From positions 1-45,678 of the forward strand of contig NW_003314476.1 of assembly GCF_000143415.4 (NCBI RefSeq): a stretch of 45,678 nucleotides of DNA. The letters are read 5' to 3'. The notes under the pieces are model-generated. The model worked only from the letters and a program-made list of their open reading frames with translations, was not told the origin of the DNA and did no database searches. This document shows positions 37,601-45,678 of this stretch, one piece after another (the first letter of the stretch is position 1; each line of letters begins with the position of its first letter). Source of the DNA: Selaginella moellendorffii. Taxonomy: Eukaryota; Plantae; Lycopodiophyta. A program made the translations under genes and the position numbers.

Positions 37601-39077
37601 CATATTTGCGCACTAAACTCATTGCATCTTGATAGTTTTGGTTCATTTGCCTTGGACCACCAGTAAAACTTGAGGGTAATATAACAAGTTTTCCAGCCCG
37701 TACTCCTTGTTGTTCAGATCTGTTAATCACAAAATCTGATAGTCCACCATATGCCTCAGCTCTCAATTCCCACTGGTGGTTTCTAATCCAATTTAATCGT
37801 GATCCTTCAATTTTTGTGTATGTGTCTACCATATATTGTTGAGTTAATTTCCCGGCCATTAATACTGGATTAAATGTAATTACCTTCATGTTATTTGTGT
37901 ACTCACCATGAACTGCAAATTTGTATTGGTAAAATTCATTCATTGTTACAGTTTTTCGTTTTATATTGTGTCCTTTATCTGTGTAATTCAAATCTGGTGA
38001 CCAACCACTTTCACCATTTGGAAAAAGAATTGGGTAAACCATAGGATCACAATATGAAGCTAATATGGAAATCTCCTTCATTGAATCACCTTTAGGATGA
38101 ATTGCAATGCTTCGATTGAAAGGAGGGTCACCAGTTGGATTTGTAAAGACTGCTGCAACCTCATTTGACATAGGTGCATTATACCTTCTCGGATCAATGG
38201 TATTCTCTCCTTTAATATACATAACTATATCATGTATTCTTGGATTTCCATCTACATCTGTATTTGTATTTTGTATTTCTTCCTCTATGTCTTTTAGCAT
38301 CTTAAAGGCTTTAGCATAGGGATTTATATCTCGCAATAAAATATCTAACTCTCTCATCAGCTCTCTATTACATTTCATGTTATATTGATTTTTCATCCGT
38401 GCTTCAGTGGCATGTAATGTATCTAAAATATATAGTTGTGAATATTTTGCCTCTTCACTGTCTTTTGGCCTAAAACTACTAATGGAATGATATACTTGTC
38501 CATGAATCTTAAAATAATATGGGCCACCAAACTCCATTTCTTCAATATTTGCTCCCATCGATGCAAATGCTAGTGCACTATTATAATTTCGTATGAGCTC
38601 TCTAAAATGTCCTCGGTGGATTGTACCACATAGCAAGTCACGAATCAGCAATGGAAACTGAAAGTTATCGACTATGAGAACGCGTCCGTCATGACAACAT
38701 TGACTTTGAGTCTCTTTTTTAAAAAGAAAAGCTTTACAATATACACAATGTTTATCCATGGCTCCTATATAATCTGTCTCGCAGTCACCATTGTTGTTGA
38801 ATTGCAGTAATCCCATATGTATAATTGGTTGCTGAACTATTATCTCCTCATTCTCTATCCACGTTCTTTCATGTGCAAATTCAGTTATATTATTCGCATT
38901 TGTTTCTTGTTCATTCAAAGTGTGAATTCCAATATTCGTACTTGGCAAAGTTTCTCCTTCTTTTGAGTTATTAATAATTTGCAAACATGGTGCCTCTGGA
39001 GGTATTTCTGAAATAGATGTTAGTCTACCATCATACAAAATCAATTCATTTGTTTTCCGTTTACGTTTTCCACCCAT
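34646..39077 (-). pseudogene. Helitron Rep/PIF1 helicase (RepHel) transposase, ~1476 codons, intronless, three lesions
   Basis: Zn finger CVYCKA...CCHDG; Rep motifs FITFTCNPKWPEI, VIEFQKRGLPHCH, KYIFKYIYKG; helicase [40 protein letters not shown]. In-frame TAA at 37472-37470, +1 A at ~36190, in-frame TGA at 34894-34892. Confidence 0.97.
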
Positions 39078-40590
39078 TTTATATTCAATTTTTTTTGGAT
39101 ATTTCTATATGTAGTTTCTTATATAGGTGAAAGGAATTGGACTGTCAATGTGGATAGTGTAATCGGCAAGTTTGAAAAGCGTTTAGGCAGAGTTGGGTAA
39201 AAATATAATAGGAAATAGTAATAGTGTAATACATATGCAAGTAATAGTTTGTTTCCAAAGACTCATTCAAGTCACGGAACATAAGAAGGATAGAACTATA
39301 GAAGCAACTATAAGAAGCAACTATGTGAGTATCATGCAAAGGTTCATGTTAGTAAATGATCAAATAATACCTTTCAGACGCCCTAGAAAACCCTAACCAC
39401 TTTTTTCTTTTTTCGACAATAACAAGACACTTTTCAATATCACATAGTATATATATGGTTTTGGTTTTGATGATAGGCTTGGTTTGGCAAAACATTTTGA
39501 TTCCAGGCCAAGAGTATTCACAAAGTCCTCTCAGTTTTTTTGGAAGTAGACCTCTGAACACGTTGCATAATAGCATGACCAATTTCCAAGGACAGTGGAG
39601 GTTGCAAAACCAACTATATGCCTCATTTCAAGTGGCAGTGGCCTTGATGATAGAGGCACATAAGATCCAGTTTATGGATTACATGGTTTAGGTCTATAGC
39701 AGCATCCATCACAAGAAGAACATTGTTTTTGGTTCAAAGTCCAAGACTGGACTGGCTGATTCTGTAATGAATTTATTCAACTCTTTAGAGGTTTCCCCCT
39801 TTCCCAACCTGGTCTTCCACTGGAAACTTGATGTCCGGTGGAATTGAGCAATTTGTTCCAAGCACACCGTCTTATGAACTTAGACAACATTCCTGGAAGA
39901 AAACACTTAAATGAAACTATCCACCGTTGCAAAACATATGTTAGAGAAAAGCTTGAGATCAAAATAGTTGGTGTTGTTCATAACAAGGTACGGATATTTT
40001 CCTGCATGTCTCACTGCAGCAGAGAGCATTTTTGAGCCTTGGCATATACTCCCAGATGGCTGCCATGACCTTGGTGCTCTACGACATGGTGCTCAAATTA
40101 TCCTTGCTTGGAACTATAGCCGCTACAGTGTCACATGGATCTGGGTTTAAGCATTGCTGATCTCGTTCATTTTTCTTATGCAAAGAAAAGAGCAAAGATA
40201 GGAGAAGGATGTAAGCCAGTCTGCTGTTTCGCCTCAAATTTCTATCCGCAACCGCAAACCAAGGACACGCTCTTGCTAATTACAGACACAAAAACTCCTT
40301 CCTTGGCAGAGAGCCCTTTGGTCCACCAGAGGCATTTGATAAAATTAGATTTATTTTTCTCATGTCCACATCGCTTCCTTGGCAATGCAAACACAGAGAC
40401 ATTCACTCAGAACTCAGAACCACTTTTTTTCCATTAACTCAAAACCAATTCATTCACATAAAGAAATACAACTTGCTCAGTCACTTTTACGAAGCTTAAA
40501 GATCGCCCTGTCTGATATAGCTGCACTGCTTCATAGCGTCATCTGCATTCTTGAAGCCATTCTGCAGATCTCAGGGTAGAAAACAATACA

Positions 40591-40980
40591 TCCTGTGACC
40601 TCTACAACCACAAGTCAAGAAAAAGAGCAGAAACAAAAAAAGGCATGTACCTGTAGAGTTTGATAATTGTATTGGTAGATAACGTTTCTATAGAAGATAG
40701 TCTCCAAAACGTAGCGTCACTCTACGAACAAAGACAATTTCCTGCCTAGGGTTAGAATTAGGATAAATGAAACGCAAAGCAAACTTGAGCAATCACAGTA
40801 CTTCCTGTGACCTCTACAGCCACCAATCAGGAAAAAGAGCAGCTAAAAAAAAACATGTAGCTGTAGTGTTTGATAATTGTTTTGGTAGATAACGTTTCTA
40901 TAGTAGATACTCTCCAAACGTAGCGTTACTCTACGAACAAAAACAATTTCATTCCTAGGTTTAGAAATAGGATAAATGAA
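40591..40980. repeat. Tandem duplication of a ~180-bp module (40591-40771, 40803-40980); partial third copy at 42159-42214
   Basis: Shared TCCTGTGACCTCTACA...TTTGATAATTGT.TTGGTAGATAACGTTTCTATAG...CCTAGG.TTAGAA.TAGGATAAATGAA. Confidence 0.9.
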
Positions 40981-40984
40981 TAGG

Positions 40985-41582
40985 CTGATTGTTGTGTGCC
41001 CGGCTCTTAGCATCAGCTCCGCACCAGTCGTCTTTACCTCCCGCCATGCCATTGTTTCTGGATTACCACCGTCCTCGCCACCCATGGCAACGAAACAGTT
41101 CTTATAGCAAGAGCAGGTATAGCTATCCCGAGGAATAGGCGAGACTCCAGTGGTAGAAATCTTCTTCCAGACAAAAGTATCTATAGGAAAAAAAACAAGT
41201 TTAGAAGAAAACAAGGAAAGGTAACAGGATTTTACTCGTGTTCAAAACATGAAGGTCGTTGTAGTACTCCTCCTCTGAGGGATCGCTGGATTTCCAACAT
41301 CCCCCAAACACGAACAGGTTGTCACCGATGAGAGACGCGCTATGTCCTTCTCTCGGAGCAGGAACATCACCAAAAACGTTGGGTTTCCCCCAGGTGTTAA
41401 TAGCTGCATCAAATGATAAGAACAAGAAAAAAAAATCGATAGAACTCGAAGCTTACCATTATCCAAAACCGGTTCCATCAGTACCACCAAACACATAGAG
41501 CTTAGACCGGACGGCCGTGGAGCTCTGGCTGTCCCGAGGGAAAGGGTGCGTTCATTTCATCACAGGCTTGTCCCAGGTGAGC
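40985..41582 (-). pseudogene. Kelch-repeat protein gene fragment, copy B
   Basis: Three exons: TWDKPVMK*THPFPRDS...KLYVFGGTDG, NTWGKPNVFGDVPAPREGHSASLIGDNLFVFGGC, TFVWKKISTTGVSPIPRDS. Stop, frameshift and deletions; intron nearly identical to copy A. Confidence 0.9.
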
Positions 41583-42269
41583 TCCATCCACCATAGCCTC
41601 TTCGCCATTCACTCCCAATCCTCGTCGCATTTCCGAACAGAGCACGTCAATCTGCCAAATGCACCTGTGCAGGCAGATGCCGGCGGATTTGTTCCCCGCG
41701 TAAGTCTGGAAGGCCTCGAGCCTGTTCTTGCTGATCATCAAGCACAACTATGGCGACACAGAGAAAGCCGTGAGCCTCTCAAACCTCTGCAAACGGAGAA
41801 ACAAACACAACCTCGTTGTAATAGGCTGGGACTTTCAGCCGCTTAGGATCGTTATCCAGTGCCGTTCCCAGAACTTCTTCTGGAGCTGTCCAAAAACGAA
41901 CGCGTTAGAGTTTTTTCTTGTGTCTAAATCAAAGGAACTCACTCAAAGGAACAAATGTAGGTTGCGGCTTTTGGTAGGAGGTTTTAGGTCCCTCGCCAAG
42001 CTCGATGCCGCTGTTGCTGCGATTGGCCGGAATATCTTGCTCAACCTCGCAGGGACGACAATAGGGGGGTCGAGACTCTTTTACCAGATGATTAGTCTGC
42101 GTTGAGTACTTTTTCCATAAGTGCGACTCATTTCTTCACGAACTCAGTAATTCTACGAACTCTACAAACAGAGACAAATCCCTTCCTAGGGTTAGAAATA
42201 GGATAAATGAAACGTACCATCTACATATCAATCTGCAAAGCACGCAGTCGATGGAGCGGTTGCAAACCT

Positions 42270-42434
42270 AGAATTGAAACAGTACCTCCCATATTGCCAT
42301 CTTGGCCGTCTATATCAATCGTCACAGATTTGGACAGTCAGATTAATAGTATCTACCATAAGTAAGTTTGAATATTCTTAAAAGGGAATATGTGACGCCG
42401 ATGCCAAAATAGCAACTTTAAATAAAGAGTTTGA
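42270..42434 (-). mobile_element. Helitron 5' terminus (TC start) of the element leading into RepHel
   Basis: Minus strand reads TCAAACTCTTTATTTAAAGTTGCTATTTTGGCATCGGCGTC; homologous to 9796 and 23798. Confidence 0.8.
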
Positions 42435-42461
42435 CTAGCAAAAGTCCCAGCTACGCTGGGA
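42435..42461 (-). mobile_element. Helitron 3' terminus (perfect 7-bp hairpin + CTAG)
   Basis: Minus strand reads TCCCAGC-GTA-GCTGGGA-CTTTTG-CTAG|T. Confidence 0.9.
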
Positions 42462-43789
42462 GCATTGTGTTTATTTCTGATATTTTAATAATTTCAAAGA
42501 GTTGTAAGCGTATTTGTAATTTTTAACATAATCATAATTATAAGATATATAGTTAAACATAACATAATATTTATATTAAAAATATCTTCTACAATTGACT
42601 CCATCACCAACAAACATCATAACATAATAAATATAACTCAGTACATTATATTATATTTAAAATTCTGATTGTTGACTGAAGTCTTGGATATTCTATAAAT
42701 GGAATTTCTCACTGTGGGATCCCATGGCCAGATGAGTCAGTTTTTATTAATTAATTTTTTCTTTTATTTGAAATCTTTATATAATTGATAAAAATATTAT
42801 TATTTGATGATTTATTAAACTATATAATTTCTCCTCTTAATAAAGTATGTGTTACTTAGGTACACTCAATTATAATGATGTTAAAAATATATTTAATATA
42901 TATTTTAAAACTCACTTAAAGTGCATACATCTTTTAAATTTAAAAATTATAAACATTGTTATGGAGTTTCTCTTTTCATCATTTCAGACTAAAAGTTTTG
43001 GAATTGCATAATAATAAGTGAAAGACGTTAGCTTTATGTGTTATATTTTCTTTTAAAACTTTTAATATTTTACATAATTATCATTGATACTCTCTTTTTA
43101 CCAAATATTTATATTCATGCCTTTTGAGAGTAATATTTAAAATATAAAGTATTCTATTATATATCATAAAAATTATTTCTGTATTTATTTTTATAAATCT
43201 GAAATAATATTATTATTTATTTATATTCATGATTTTATATTTAAAATTAGGGCTTTATAACACTGTTATGAATGCTGAAAGTTTATGATGATAAATGAAT
43301 GGTAATTTCTTACTCTATACTGGGGTAGAGTAGGGTTTGATGATATATAATCTTTTCTTTATGCTAGAGCTATAATATATCAGAAAATTCATGAATGGTA
43401 TATAGATAGGTTTAATATCATATAATTAAAATTCTGTATATGGTCCATGTACTAATGTTGTCTCAATCATATTTATACCTTATTATGTTTTTCATGTATA
43501 AATGCAATGTAGGATAAAGTGGTAGAAAATTTATGATATTATATAAATCTTAGACTACATCTTAGCCAACCATAAGTTTAGTAATAAGAAAATATTTTAC
43601 ACAAAAAATATCTAGAACTATTAACTCCTCTATTTTAAGTTAGAAAATATCATATTTTTATAGAAATTACTTTTTTTATATTATAATTTAGATACTTTAT
43701 TTTTTCTTTTATTATATTTAGTAACTTTTAAAATTTATTTAAAAAGGATTCCTTAAAAAATTACATTATATTGTTTTTTAGAATTATTT
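42462..43789 (-). repeat. AT-rich Helitron 3' subterminal block
   Basis: Homologous to parts of 4932-7622. Confidence 0.7.
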
Positions 43790-43889
43790 NNNNNNNNNNN
43801 NNNNNNNNNNNNNNNNNNNNNNNNNNNNNNNNNNNNNNNNNNNNNNNNNNNNNNNNNNNNNNNNNNNNNNNNNNNNNNNNNNNNNNNNN
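43790..43889. other. Assembly gap (100 N)
   Basis: Run of N. Confidence 1.
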
Positions 43890-45059
43890 GTACATCTAGT
43901 AGTCGGGCTGTTGCCATTTGAAAAGAACCTGTTTTATAGTGTATTAAATTCTAAATTAGAATATAATATAATAAATTAGAATATAAATATTAAATTATTT
44001 AAAATTAGAATTCGAGAATTTGTATTAAACGGAAAGTAATATACCGCTTTACATGCACAACAAACTATCTCACAACAAACGCTCTGTTTTTCTCCTTTGA
44101 ATATTTGCCAAAGCTTCTTTCCAGATTTCTGCTGTTCTGGTTGCTTTGCTAATTTCTGCCATTGTTTGTAATAGAACCTACATTAAACTCTAAGTCGATA
44201 GTTAGTCAAAATTGATTGTGATATCTTCTCAATAGGTACCATGCTATCAGTAGAAGTGACTGATTGGCATAGATCAGCAACTGTCATTATTATTTTCATT
44301 GCCTTGTTTTATATTTTCTTTCATTTGTTCTTTGGTAAGAAACTTACAGAGTCTTTGGCTCCACATTTGATTTGTCTTCTAGCAAATACCTAGACACAAA
44401 TGCTAAACTGTAAACTTTTTAAATATTAAACTGTAACTGTTTTTCTGGGATAAATATCGCTTCAGTTTACTGACCAAACATTTATAAAGTCATACAAAAG
44501 ATGTACATTACATTTACTGGACGATATCAAACATTCGCTTCACTTTAAAAACTTCATTTGCTTCCTTGTGACACACTCAAAGAATTTCCAAAGAGATTGT
44601 TGGATGTGTCATCCAAGAGCAATTGCAAGCCGGTGATGAAGTATCCAGCCAGGGTCTCTCAATTGTCTTGTGCGTCAAACTTCTCCGTGTGTTGCATCTC
44701 CTTGAGATTGAACCTTGCCCAATTTTATCCGTTAGAGGACTATCTTGAGACAGCCTTTGCCCTGCATATCACATTGTTACTGCCAGTGTTTTTCTAGCCC
44801 GCCATCACCACCACCGCTCAGCCAAACAAAACCCACCAAGCAAAGAAGCTCTGGAAGTGTGGGACGAAGTCTCCAAGCTCTCACAGCATGATCCCAAGTG
44901 TCTGGCACTCTTCATCTCCCCGCTCACCACAATCTCCACCAAAACCTATGGATGCCTGCCTCCATCCCCAGCTGGAAGCCATCCCCAAACTTCCAACACT
45001 TGAGCCCTCCTCGGACTCCAAATCTTGGGGCCCAGTGTATAAGGAAGACACCACCTCTG

Positions 45060-45340
45060 CTAACAAACACCTTATGGTTGTGTTCCAGGGCACCTCCACC
45101 CAGGCAAACATGTGTGTCAATTGGATCCTGTTTGGAGAGCTACCAAGGACGTTGCTTACAAGTCTGAGCTCTTGCCTCTCCACCTATTCCAACCAGACCT
45201 CGACTACGTCTCCCAAGCTGTGAGCTACACACACCAAGTTGTGGAGGTGTGTCCAAACACATCGCTTCTACTCATTGGGTGCCAGACTCACAGTTCTCGG
45301 CTAGGTGAACCTGCTGCTGTTGTTGCTGCTGTCAGCAGCC
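45060..45340 (+). pseudogene. Possible class 3 lipase-like fragment
   Basis: HLMVVFQGT and SLLLIG..HS..LG..AAVVAA loosely recall VVAFRGT and TGHSLGGALA. Confidence 0.25.
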
Positions 45341-45678
45341 CGGGAGCTGGAGGCTCACTGCAGTTGTGGTCCTTTCAGCTCTCTTAGGAGATAATTCGTA
45401 ACATGGCTGTGATTGGAAACGGGTGGGATTCCGTGTTCACGGCGTCATGGGACAACATTGGCACGGCTTGTTTGGTGTAGCACCAGGGAGCATCGGACAG
45501 TGTGGCTTGTTCAGTGAGTGATGGGAGCTCCTTCCAGGCACACAGCCCCAATGGGATTCTCGATAAACTATAGATAGGAGACAAGTCTACATGCTTAGTG
45601 CATTAGAGAGCAAGTGTGTGCTAGAAAAACTTACTGTGCATCTGTGAGGTGTCTGTGACTGGCAATAAACAGCCATCC

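Noticed and set aside
39388-39396. AAACCCTAA telo-box upstream of RepHel
   Set aside because: Single common motif with no independent support for function.

Overview
Eukaryotic, intron-rich land-plant DNA with four assembly gaps. The ~45-60 bp introns, a CYP88/KAO-like fragment, laccase and class III peroxidase fragments and a gene type known from flagellated eukaryotes suggest a compact-genome seed-free plant such as Selaginella (inference). The window is dominated by a nest of Helitron rolling-circle transposons. A nearly intact intronless RepHel (39077-34646, minus; two nonsense codons and one frameshift) is followed by a spliced, divergent RPA70-like OB-fold gene. Three identically spaced hairpin+CTAG 3' termini lie on the minus strand (926, 4906, 42435). 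At 42435 the CTAG joins directly to a TC-starting Helitron 5' end; at 4906, and more weakly at 926, it abuts 5'-like sequence. Two more 5'-end copies lie on the plus strand (9796, 23798). AT-rich blocks share modules. Between the termini are many decayed host-gene fragments (kelch x2, USP-domain kinase, Ser/Thr kinase, LAF3-like amidohydrolase, laccase, CYP88/KAO, peroxidase), an internally deleted Ty3/Gypsy element with 176-bp LTRs, a separate integrase relic, and one apparently complete multi-exon gene built from ECTFKP-type repeats (18769-21744). All calls are by eye; no searches were run, and fragment boundaries are approximate.
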